A stretch of 52,221 nt of DNA from Spirogloea muscicola (Eukaryota): contig WELB01000001.1 of the NCBI GenBank assembly GCA_009602725.1, positions 2,119,185 to 2,171,405 of the forward strand, in the 5' to 3' direction. The notes beneath the pieces are model-generated. The model made no database searches and had not been told where the DNA came from. It saw only the letters and a program-made list of their open reading frames with translations. The number at the start of each line of letters is the position of its first letter. The stretch's first letter is position 1. The position numbers and the translations under genes are program-made. Below, piece after piece: positions 11,501-22,777 of this stretch.

Positions 11501-12850
11501 TCAGAATCGCGATTCAGGGTCCTTCCGCTGCATGCCGCACAGGTTGCGCCAGCACTGGATGGAGGCAACATAGTGGTCCGACGGATTGACGCTGTATGGG
11601 TGCTGGCCCCACTCCTTGCGGTGGGCTGGGCCAGCTATGAAGTCCTCGTTGAGCACGTCAATGAGTGACTTAATCAGTGAAATCGTCGTGCCATTCTTGC
11701 CAGGAGGGCCGCCACCACAGCACTTGCCGTAGCATCCAAATGTGCACGGCTTGCCGTAGTACGATGTCTCCAGGTCCTCAATGAAGTACCAGCCGCCAGG
11801 GCGCACGAGCGGCATGAGCTTTGAAAAACTTGTAATCTGCTGGTGCATCGTGTGGCCGCCGTCATCAATGATGAAATCCAGCTCCCCGACCTCCGCTCTG
11901 ATTTGGGCGTCGACGTCGTTCAGGAAGGTCTTATTGCCCTGGAGAGCTCGCCGGCAAAAGAAGCGAGTAGCGTCAGTACGCACGCCAGCATCAGCGCCAG
12001 CGCCAGCGCCAGCGACAACGCCAGCAGCGGCGGCAACACCGGACCCAGCAAGCAGCGTCAGCGTCGTTTCTGCCTGCACAAGCTCCAAGTACAGCGGGCA
12101 TTGCGCGCCCTGCCGCACCTGGTCGCCAAGGAAGATGCGCACGCGATGATCGCTGTCATTCACAAACTCGTTCCAGATCTTCCCGTGGTCGACGCCGTAG
12201 ATGTGAGCCCGCGGGAAGAACTCCTGCAGTGACACGGGCGCCACCAGTGAGGCACTTGTGAGCCCATCGTTCTCTTAAGGAGAAAGCAGCTACAGCAAGC
12301 TCATACTATGATGGTGCGCTTTTCGTCCCTCCCTATATTCATATTGTGGCTATCACAGATTTGGGCATGCAGGAAAATTTTCGTCGCGGATACTCCTTCC
12401 CGGCATCGCGCCATGCCTTTGTCTAGACCTCCCTCTCTCGAGTGAGCCATGTTCCAGTGGCACCTTCCAGACGTCAAGGGAGGCGCCTCGGCGGAGGCCG
12501 ATTTCAAGGAAGGCGACGCGGCGGCGCTGCGCCCGGAGGGCGTCGAAGTAGGGCCCGTACATGTGGCCGTAGCCATGGACGCGCTTGTCCGTGCTCGACC
12601 ACGCGAGCACGTCCTCGAATGCCGGGAAGTCGCGCCCAGCCGCCAGCGCGCACTCGCGGCCGGCCAGCACCAGGTGCGTGAGCAGCACGTAGGGCGCGGC
12701 CACGAGGAGAACCACGGCGGCGAAACGCAAGGCGCGCCCGCCGCCGCCGCGGCCGCCGCCACTGCCGCCGACGCCGCCGTTCGGCGGCTTTTCATCCTCA
12801 CCGCCGTCGTCGCCGCCGCCGCCGCTGCCCGCCGCTCGCCGCTCGAACAT
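11501..12850 (-). CDS. Membrane-anchored class I SAM-dependent O-methyltransferase (MycE/ElmMI-like), copy 2
   Basis: Exons 12850-12464, 12223-12119 and 11938-11501. Same motifs as copy 1. The ATG equivalent to copy 1 (12882) runs into a TGA, so the open frame starts at 12850. Confidence 0.8.
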
Positions 12851-13099
12851 CAGCTATTGGGCGATTTCCGCCGCCGCTCCATGGCCGCCTTCACGCGCGC
12901 CGCGGGCGCCGCACGGCGGCGGGGCGCGCGGGGGGCGATGGCGGCGAGCTTGCCGGGAAGGTCCGGGGGGCGAGGCGGCTGCTGACACTCGGGGGCTGGG
13001 AGTGAGTGTGCGCATGGACTGCAAGGGTTGGCCAAATTCAAGTCAGTACATTGTTTAGTGCTGGGGCGGGAAAGCTAGAGATGGGGACTGCGGCTGGCT

Positions 13100-13900
13100 G
13101 TTCCACTGGCAGTCGACGTGCACGGAGCCCTTGGCCCGTGTCAACCTGTCTGCAACGAGCTCAGGCGTATGCTCTGCATCAGAAAGCTGGTCGAGCCTTA
13201 GCTGCTGGCACAAGAGCTAGTCAATTGCCGTCCGGTATTCGAGCGTCAGCTAGCGACCTCTATGTGCTGACTCGTGGTTACTGAGCGGGTCAGCTTAGCA
13301 GCAGGTGACGTACATTTGTCCAATGTGCTTGCCTTTGTACTTGGCCACACATGGCCTCCCCATCTCTTAATATACACGCATTTTCCTTGGCTCGAAATGG
13401 CTTGACTTGCTCCACCGCCTTGCGCGGCGTGCAGCGGCCCGCCGCCTGGGGCAGCAGGGCGAGCAGCCCGGCTTCAACGTCGCCGGGTCCCTCGCTCAAG
13501 TCTTCCTTTTGCGTTCGGCCGTCTCGATGCAGCGGTCCCTTGCCTTCGCGGTTCACTTGCGCGCAGGCCAAGCTTTGGCGGCGGCCTCCGGCTTCCGTCA
13601 GGGCGACATCTTTCCGCCAGCTAGCTACTCAGACTTGCATCTCCTGACTAGAGGTTACTGAGCGTTCCCTGGCTGATGTCTTAGTCCTAGTCGTTCGCAC
13701 TCCGGCTCCTTCAGACCTTGTCCACTCCGGCTCCGTCATGAACACCTGTATGCATCTGGCTGGCAGTTTACAGCCGATTTTAAAATATCAGCAGCCGCTT
13801 TCTCTCTCTCTTTGGGCTGGCCTTTCCCAGCCACCAGTCAATCTGGCCGCGCTTCTCTTCTCCAGCCCCTATCCTCAGTGGCCGAGCCCTTTCTTCTTGC
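13100..13900 (+). mobile_element. Family A CRE-like fragment with nested family C (13136-13384) and family E tail (about 13729-13810) insertions
   Basis: Matches 49194-49862 once the inserts are removed. Stops at 13284 (ASDLYVLTRGY*) and 13661 (YSDLHLLTRGY*). CCTTGGC is duplicated around the C insert. Confidence 0.85.
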
Positions 13901-13989
13901 TATGGTTCATTTCTTTGGCGCTGGCCACTCACAGCCATTGCCTTGCAGGAGATCTGTTTCGCTCGAATGAAAGTGCCACTTTTCCATTC

Positions 13990-14190
13990 GGATGAAAGAG
14001 CCACTTTCCAATATTCCGCTGGCTCGCTCAATCAGGTGTATAGCATGCGCCTGGCAGTTTCGCTCCATCATTTCCTGGCCTTAGCAGCGCACTTGCGGGG
14101 CGGCCGCACTTGCCTGCTGCTTATGGACTTCTTGTGTGACTTTTCTGGCTGCAACTTCCTTTGACTTGCGGCTGCTGATAGGGGTCATTG
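13990..14190 (+). mobile_element. Old degenerate CRE-like 3' fragment
   Basis: YSAGSLNQVYSMRLAVSLHHFLALAAHLRGGR parallels AGSLAQVFRMRLAVSMQRSLAFAVHLRAGR. Ends with gacttgcggctgctgataggggtcattg. Confidence 0.65.
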
Positions 14191-15419
14191 TCGTGAACCA
14201 ATTGTCGTGACCACTTGCGCAGACATGTAATTATGCGCTTTCTGACCCCTCCGGACATGTTCATTCTCTTTGAGCTCGCTTCCATTTGGGAGAGCTATCT
14301 TCGACCGATCAAGAGCTTCTACTGGAGGAGGCGCTCCGGCGAGGAGTTCGTCAGCCCGTCCTTGTCGGCTGAGAAGGGCCAGCCCGAGACAATGAGCCAG
14401 CAATTGATGAGCACCCAATTGTAGCAGCCACTTTTGTAGCGTGTGGCTTAGCGCCTTCCGGCCCCTTCCGACCTTGTTAGACAAGAATCACTTAGACATT
14501 AATCAGCAGCTACAGGCCAGCGTGGCTTGCAGCCGGTAACGTGTCACCACTGCAATATCCAGAAGCAGCAGCCCAAGCGCGACCTGCTCATAAGTGCACT
14601 GCAAGAGCCTGGTAACAGGGGACCGAGACTGGAAGGCGCGTTCGGGAGTACCTGAGCGAGGGATCCATCGGCACTCAAGTTGGGCTGCCCACTATGCTGG
14701 CAGGTGATAGTACACCGTGCAAGCCTGCTGAAGAAGGTCCAGCCACCAACTCTCATACGCCCCGTGAACATCATCGGTAAGTGCAACAAACTGTCTGCAT
14801 TAGCCAGCGGTGTACTGTCAATGTATTCTCTCAATGCCGGTTGTTTGCTTGACAAATATGTGTGCTCCAACTTGAAAACATTATCCGCTGCATTGCTCCA
14901 AATTCTATGTCCAACTTCACTTTTCACCAATGCGGCCAGTAAGGCTCTTCACTTAAGCCGCTACTATACCTTTGACTATGGAGGGCCACTTCCACACGCC
15001 TGCTTGCATGCATGCATACTGTTTTGAGACGCCAATATGATTTTTGAGAACCGATGAGGCCAACCACAAGGAAGACCCTTTCCTGAGAACCTGGTTGCGC
15101 ATGTGCTCTGTGCAGATGACAAGGACTCAGCTTGCGGCCAATAGCATAGCAGAGTGACCAGGAGCTACCCTTGCAAGTGTATGAAGCAGCCCTTGAGTCT
15201 AGCCAGGCAGCCTGGGCTATCATCAATGAACACCTTTTTCATACTAGCTAATGTCCAACACGGTCTATGGGCTGCATTGCATCCTGATGCGTGCCTAACA
15301 CATATGCAGAGGTTGCAGTTTGCTGAAACTTCGCTCAGGAGCTCAGGAGCTCCTGAGCAGAATTCAGAGCGCAGGAGTGGAGACTCCTGATAATGTCCAG
15401 ACTTCCGGCTTGTACATGC

Positions 15420-15660
15420 CTCGACCATGTAGTCGTAGTAATATATGTTGTGGAACTACAGAGACAGCCTCTTATTCTCTATCTCTTCTACTAGCCTATT
15501 ATCCTTTATTACTTTGTCTCTTCTCACGTCTATCCCCTTAAAAGCCATCTTAATCGAGATACTCTTCCCCGTCTTCTTGTTGGTCTTGTATATGCCGTAA
15601 CACTTCGGTGATACTGGTATACAGAAAGGGCCCACATGCTTGTCGTCCATATCTGACTGT
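15420..15660 (-). pseudogene. Possible relic of a protein-primed family B DNA polymerase C-terminal region (Polinton/PLV-like)
   Basis: AT-rich ORF segment GPFCIPVSPKCYGIYKTNKKTGKSISIKMAFKGIDVRRDK carries PKxY followed by KxxFKGI, as in pPolB. In-frame TAG at 15456-15458, then FHNIYYYDY. No catalytic DTDS motif seen. Confidence 0.4.
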
Positions 15661-16573
15661 GATTGACAAACATAAGCACCATGTGCAGCTGGTACTCTGA
15701 CTGCCTTCGTAATCTGGGAGGAAGGGGGGGGTGAGGGGGAGTGGTTCTTGAAAGTGCTCGTCCATGTATAAGCAATTGTTGCAAGGGGCAGGCTGAAGTC
15801 AAAACGGACAAACACACTCACACAACATGCACTTGAATGGCAAACAACGACAAGAGCAGTAGATGTGGAAAGTACTCTGTACAGGTGTTCGACTTCTGCA
15901 CGGCTTGCTGTGGTCGTCCCATCGTACCCCCCACCGTCCCATCTGTGCCTTGAGAGTAAGTCTTGGTCAGACTGCGGGAGAATCTAGAGGAGCTAAACAA
16001 GTGAGCAACCCCTCTTCGGTCCAATCACTATTGCAGATACTGGACTCTCAAATGAAGCCCGTAATACTGCTCCATGTGCGTACCTTCGCTACCAAGTAGG
16101 GAGCAAAATTTCAGACGAAGAGAAAATGAAGGCCAACTTTTGGTGCCATCAACTTATCTGAAGAAAGAAATGGAGCAGGTTAGACTGCCATTCTCAGATT
16201 CATGACCATTTGACTCTGACATACACACCATGGCTTAAATTAGGCTCTCCATCCCTGCAAGGTCTGAGATAAGCTTCTGTGCAGCTCTGATCACTCAAGG
16301 GAAGTAGCAGACACACCTAACGTGGTATATGGTCATTACATGAAATTCCTTAAACTTGCAAAAAGCACAGCGAGCAACTATGCAGGAGTGTCCTTGCCGT
16401 GCCTTGCCTTGCCGTTATATTGTGTGGCCACGGCAAGCTGCAGTGAGGTTGCCTGATCCTTTCTAGTAATTTGTCTGCCCTAGAGTACATAGCTGTGGCA
16501 ACCAGATGGCCGGCTTCAGTGGTCTCTGACGAGGCATACTGATCAGCCTCCGAGATCCACAAGACTCCTCCTT

Positions 16574-19521
16574 TTATAGCTCAGACGTTGAAGGGGTCCA
16601 GAGGAGGGCTGCATCTTCTTCTGACATGGGTGCTGCACAACGTGAGGCTCAGAGGACCCTCAGTGCTATACTTGAGAATCTCTACTTCTAGTGTCAAATG
16701 TGCTCTAACACCATGTAGACGCAACAAGCACTGTGTGACACAAGGAGATCATACAAGCGAGAGACAGCAACTGTGTCTTTTGCACAGCCCGACAATCAGA
16801 GCTGACTTCTGGCTGGCAATTAGCAGAAATGGGCATGCACCTAGCAAGTCAAAGTCGCCGCTGGCCTCATTCCCGTTGCTGTCAGCTTCAAAGAAGGGTG
16901 AGTCAAGCTCCGCATCTGACAGTCGAAATCGGTGGAGCTTTGGTGAGACCTCCAAATGAGGGGTTTTCTTGCAGGCCTTGTCATCATTATCCATCTTTGC
17001 TGCTGTGAGATGTGCCGCAGTGCAGGAGTGCTGGTTCATTGAGCAGTCTGGCCCAGGTTTCCACGGCGAGTCTGACGGAAGCTGCTGAGGGTCAAAGCTC
17101 CCAGCAGAGGAGAGGCGTGGCCTCCAGCCCCTGCTGGCACGCTCCTGCAACCGCAGGACTTCAGTGCCTGGCGTGCGAAGTGCATCCTGCAGCGGCGCTG
17201 CTTGCCTCGAGTGCCATAAGTGCAGGTCGCGCTCTTCCTGCAGTCTCCGCTGTGCTTTGAGCATAATATTGTTGCGGAGCTCAATCAGATCGTCAAGGGG
17301 AGCCCCTGCCAGCAGACCAATGCACCACAATCTCAGTGGCCGCAGCTTGCCCACCCGTGGCATCACCTTCTCCCACATCCGCCAGCTCGTTGGCACATGC
17401 CTTTCTCTAGGACCTCCAGATACCATGATTGTGAGCGCTGCAATTACCATGCACCGGCAGAGGTGATGCCCAAGCTCCAGCAGCCGAAACGTGGCCACCG
17501 CTTTCTTGTACAGGCGATAGTCTGAGGAGCTCGTCACCACCACCCTGCTGGGCCAGCCTGCTGCCAGGCAGCCTGGCTGCTGGCGTGGGGGGCACCAGCG
17601 CCAGGGGGCTTGCCGCCTGCTGCACCTCGGCCCGCTCCTCCAGCATGCCAAGGATTTGCCGGCTTGTCGGTGTCCCACTGCTGCTTACCTGCAACACATG
17701 ATGATGCCCCTCAAGTAGTGGTGAGTACACGAGTAAGTATCAGCTCTGGCATTAGATCTGAGGGCACCAGGGGCTACCCTCCGCAACATGGCAGCTCACC
17801 TGACTGGTTGCTGCAGCAGCCTTTCCCCACGCCAACAGAGCCGCGTGCGCGTGCTGTGTGTCCCCATCAGCAAGCTCAACACGCTGCTTGAGCGCCGCAA
17901 TGTTCAACTCAATGCACGGCAGCGTATCCAGAAGCTTCGAGAAGAGAACCTGCAACAAAGCCAGATAGTAAGATTGCCTGTAAGGCCAGCAGCGCTCTCT
18001 GGACAACTCAAAATTATTTCAATGAAAGACAATGTAAGCAGGATGTCTTTCACACGCCTCACCTGCAGATCCCTGCAGCGTCGCTGCTGCTCCCTGATTG
18101 CAGCTTGCATAGTGACAATGTGCGACCTGTTGCTGTCCTTGGCACTGGTGCTGGCCACGGAGCTCAGCAGCGCCACCTCTGATGCAGACTGAGTGCCTGT
18201 GAGCTGCTCCAACGACGGCACAAACTGCCACACTGCTCTTGCAAGTTGTTGCAGGATGGCAGCTATGTCGACGCGACCACCAGAAGGCCTCTGTCCCAGT
18301 GACTGAGCATTCCTGGGGATGCTATGATCTGCTAGTGATATGCCGTCAAGTCGGCACCTGCTCTCACGACTGCTGATCGCTTCCTGGAGCTCCTTAGTGG
18401 CCACGTTTTGCACGCGGTACAGGTGCGCCAGTAGCGCATCCCACTTGCACCCCGTGCCGCCCGCCACTTGCTGAATCGACTCCTCAACCGCTAGGTGGGC
18501 ATCTCCAAGCTCCGCTACAATGTAAGCCTGTTCTGCTTGCAGCTGGCGGTTCTCTGCCGTCACGCTTTTGGCAAAAGCGTGCCAGGAGACCTCAAGCTGC
18601 GATCTGTGCAGTGCCCTTTTCAGGAGAACCTTCCGCTCTAGAGTGATGCGAGCCTGCACATTGTTGCGCACGCCAGATCGTCAACACCCATGTATTAGCA
18701 GCACATTTGCTGCACTACAATGCCAAGTACATAGCAAGCCGCTTCGCAAGATTGAGTGCGTGCAGTGCCAAGCAATGGCTCTGCCCTTTACAAGTCAAGG
18801 AAGAGGTGCGCAACTACCTTCGTGACAGCCAGCAACGTGCTAGGGGGGACGTCTGCAGGCATGGCTGCTGAGAAGGACTGCAGCCCATCGGTGACATTGC
18901 GGCAGCGCTTGGAGTACTCCTCTTGCAGCACGATGTCGGAGAGCTGCCACAAGAGCTCCACGAAGCGCAGCCCGCCACAGGCGGCCAGCGACGAGAGCCG
19001 CGAGCTGCTCCGGGGGAGCGCACTGGCAGCCTCTAGCTCCATGATACGTGCATGCGCAACCTGCACGCCGGCAGGGAGAAGGCACGGCCATGATCACTGA
19101 TGACGTCTTACTCGTTGGACTGACGCCTGGAAGCGGGCTCCGCCGGCGACGGGCCCAGGTGTAGGCGCACCTTGCGGAAGTCGCGGGCCTGCCGAGGGTC
19201 CAGAATCGGCCACATGTTCCGCAACGCGTCAGGCTTGCCGGCGGCGGTCCCGTGTTGCTGCGGACCGGCGGCGGCGGCGGCGGCGGCGGCGACAGCGGCG
19301 GGCGCGGTGAGGAGGAAGTGGAGGAGCGCCTCGCCGGCGCGGGGGTTGGCGCGGCGGAACATGCCGCGCGCCAGCTCGACGCCGCAGCCCCGGCTGTCGA
19401 ACCCCAGCAGCCGGCAGGACGTGAGCGCCGCCGCCTCCGCCGCCTCGTCGCCCGCCGCAACGGCGCCGCCAGGAGCGCGCAGGGGAGGCGCCGCCGCCGC
19501 CGGCGCCGGCGCCGCCGCCAT
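16574..19521 (-). CDS. AUG6: Augmin/HAUS complex subunit 6
   Basis: Exon 19521-19171 (CRLLGFD...GMFRRANPRAGEALLHFLL...WPILDPRQARDFRK), exon 19060-18818 (ELEAASALPRSSSRLSSLAACGGLRFVELLWQLS), exon from 18653 (ARITLERK). Last exon 16632-16574 gives DLL-APMSEEDAALL, matching the plant AUG6 C-terminus DLLAPLSETEAAL. Confidence 0.92.
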
Positions 19522-19762
19522 CGCTGGTCACCAGGGGCCCGGTATGAAAGAAAAGCGGCTGGCGAAATGAAAGAATGTATGGAGGGAACAGCAGAATTTG
19601 ANCCGCCGCCGCTGCCGCCGCTGCCGCCGCCACCGGCGCCGCCGCCGCCGGGCTGCGGTCCTCGGGACGACGGGACGAGGACGCGAGGCCGCCGTGCTTT
19701 CTATGTGCTACCCCAGTCGCAGGCCCCCAGCGAGTCCATGTGCGAGATTGCGCGGCCGGCGT

Positions 19763-22286
19763 TCAAACGCACTTGGCCCTGTAAGCCGGCCTGGACAGGC
19801 CTGCGGTGATGATCCCGCTCTCTGGCGATGGCCGCCCGCCTAACAAGCCGTCCGACCCCATCTCCTCGCCGCAGCCGGCCATAGAGGCCTGCCGGTGCAA
19901 GTAGGCGGCGCTGTTGGCCGGCGCAAAGACAAGGTCGTGCAAGTCGGCCTTGCGTGCCTCAGCCAGTAGCGCTACGTGGTTCTCTCGGAAGTCCAGGTGC
20001 CGCGCCGCCGCTGCGAGCTCCACTTCCAGCGAGTAGGGTGCGCACTTCTCCATTGTCAGCAGCCGTCGGCTCCAGCGCTGGGTCAGCACCTGCTCGCAGT
20101 TGGCCACGAGCGTGAAGCAGGGGTGCATTGGCAGCTCGTCATCCCTGTACGATTGCCGCGCAGCCGGGTAGAAGAACACAAGCCGGCCACCCATGATCAG
20201 CAGCCTCGCCGCGATATCCAGCAGGTCCTGCAGGCACTCCGCCATGGTGTATGGTGCTGTTGATGGAATGTGGCTGTCGCGCTTGTCTTCAGGAATCATG
20301 TATTCGTCTGGGCTGCACCCAGCCAGCAGCTTCCGCCCACCCGACTTGCGGCCGCCCGCTCGTACACCATAGGGCGGGTCACATATGATTGCGTCAAACA
20401 CCTGCCAAACACAAGCACTGAAGCAATGAGCTGTTGGCTGGCCACAGATGACCACATCAACCACACTGCCAAGCAAGAGCACTGAAGGAACTAGCTGTTG
20501 ATGGACAGCCGGTCAAATGTACTTCGGCCATTCCAAACCCCTCAAACCTGCATGGGAAACTGATAAATCAGGATGGCTGTGACAGTGCGGAACACACTAC
20601 TTCCAGGCTCAGCCGATCACCTCGTTAGGAGTTCCTAGGTGTGGCAGTAAGGCTGAGCAAAGCTCTGCTACAGGCCAGTTGCATCAATCGTATTTCACCT
20701 CACGCAGGTCGGGTCGCCAGGGGGGGGAGTTGATGTCCGCGTGCAGTAGAGTCAGGGGGAGAGGGAGGCCATCAGTTCCAGGACAGTGCTTTGTGCATGC
20801 TGTGTTTTGTGAGCATCTTCAGACCTGCTCAAAGTTGGCCCAGACGTTGCGGTCTGGACCTTTGCCATCACGCAGGATGCGGATGTCAATGTCTGCCCCC
20901 TGCATGGCAGCAACTCCAGATCCTGTCAGTGTTAGCTGAAGTTTGTCCAGACCAAGTACTCTGCAACTGCTGTCATGCAAGGGCCTCAAAGGCTGTCTGT
21001 AGCGAGTGCCAGCAATTGCAGAAACCTCAACAATTCCTGGTGCAACTTACGACAGTCATGGCGCCGTAATGAGCTGCCGCAACAAGAATGCTACCGGTGC
21101 CAGCAAAGGGGTCGTAGACGAGCGAGCCCTGGCGGGCTAGCGCCTGGTTTGCCATAATGAATGCAACCTCCGCGTCCATGGCCGTCGGACCCAGGAAATT
21201 GCGAGTGGGCAGCGCATACTTGGTGATGAGGTTTGGCCTGTCCGAGCATGCAACCTGTGCAAAGGCCGGGATGCAAATTGCCTGCTGCAGTCAAGCCGAG
21301 GCCTGTACCGACCCCAAACTATCTCCAAATTTTGGACTGACTGGTTGTCGTTGTCTTTGTCATGGCCAATGAGGAGGGCATAACGGAAGCCAACCTCACG
21401 GGCAAAGATGACGCGCTGAGAGGCGAGCGGTGGCAGGCCCCTGTTGGTGCCACTATCCTGGGACTCGATGATCCAGAATTTGTGGTCCGGGTTGCGGAGT
21501 TGCACACGTCCCTGATACTCAACAGACAGAGGAGGGCCTCAGGAGCGCGGGCAGCACTGCGATTGCATGCAGTCAATCTGGGCAGCAACAAGGCACAAAA
21601 CATGCCAGATACCAGTTATGAGGAAGTGAGCCTGGCAGACGGGGGGGGCTCCAGCGCGCAGCATACCTGGAAGGGCACGTAGCTGACGCGGTCAATGCGA
21701 TCCTGCTGCTCCTGCATGCTGAGGATGCGGCCGAAGCAATCCACCACGTACTTGAATGACGTGTCGGCGCCAAGGTACGGGGCCTTGCGATCCGGGGGGT
21801 ACGCTGCTATTGCTACCTCCAACCCCTCGTAGTCGGAAGCCTCTCCCCAGACTTCAAAGAACGCCTTGACCAGCATGCCTGCGCCAAGCGCAAGCAGAAG
21901 CGGCAAGAGTATGCAATGGGGAAAAGTCATACAATGAAGCGAAGATAGCAGTGCGGGATACTGACAAACTTAAATTGCCTTCCCGAAGCGCTAGCCTGTG
22001 AAACATCTAGGCCCTGGATCACAAAGCCCAGCCCTCAGCTAGCAGCACAGTCCTGTGTAGGACCTGGTGACGCAGAGGGGCTTATCGGTTTCTCACTCCT
22101 GGCGGCGATGGCGACGGCCGCGGCCTCAGATGGCAGGTCCACGAAGCAGAAGGGCGAGTCCGGGTGGTCGCCATCGGGCAGGCGGTGGCAAAACGGCGGC
22201 TGGGCGCCGGCCAGCCTTGCCAGCGCCTCCAGCTCCGGGACGCGGAAGTCCAGGTGCCGGTGCACGAAATAGCACAAGAACCACAT
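19763..22286 (-). CDS. TRM11: tRNA (guanine(10)-N2)-methyltransferase
   Basis: MWFLCYFVHRHLDFRVPELEALA; FLGPTAMDAEVAFIMANQ; VYDPFAGTGSILVAAAHYGA; GADIDIRILRDG; FDAIICDPPYGVRAGGRK; WSRRLLTMEK. Seven exons; one acceptor near 20775 is irregular. Confidence 0.93.
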
Positions 22287-22607
22287 GGGAGCTGGAGGGA
22301 AGCGCACCCTCCCCTGCCTCGCCCTCCTTCCTTCCTCCTCTCCTCTCCTGCCGTCGTCCCACTGCCGGCCGCTGGCCCCACCAGTGTCAGCGAGCCCCCG
22401 CTCCGCCGTGAATCGTCGCTGGCCAGCAGTGGCGGCGACTCTCGCGCCGGATGGCTGGCGCTCTTGACTTGCGCGTCTCAGAGCCCGCTGGCGAAGCCCG
22501 GCGTGGCGGCGCAGGCAGCCAAGAAGAGCGAGAGGGGAGGGGTGAAGAGTGGGGTTTGCGGAGCCGGGTTCTGGGTTTTCCCTGGGGCAGAAATTAGGGT
22601 TCTGAGC

Positions 22608-22777
22608 CCTCCGTCTCACCCGGCTCGCCCACCATCACCGAAGCCCTGCACCATGTTGTGAGCCATGGCGGACGCCGCCGCCGCCGCCGCCGCGGCGGCG
22701 GCGGCGGCGGCGTCCGCCATGGCTGACAACATGGTGCAGGGCTTCGGTGATGGTGGGCGAGCCGGGTGAGACGGAGG
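22608..22777. repeat. Near-perfect 170-bp palindrome centred in a GCC run (probable assembly fold-back)
   Basis: The left arm cctccgtctcacccggc...gccatggcggacgcc is the reverse complement of the right arm, with one mismatch. It ends at the single N at 22778. Confidence 0.85.

Larger units (their letters stand above)
6083..12980. repeat. Direct segmental duplication of about 2 kb (about 6083-8145 and 10964-12980)
   Basis: Exons, both introns and downstream flanks align between the two copies. The spacer is mostly retroelement fragments. Confidence 0.9.

Noticed and set aside
22608..22777. 170-bp palindrome as a miRNA precursor, MITE or cruciform
   Set aside because: It is centred on a GCC run, ends exactly at an N and replaces the obligatory CDK G-loop exon. 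Most likely a fold-back assembly artefact.
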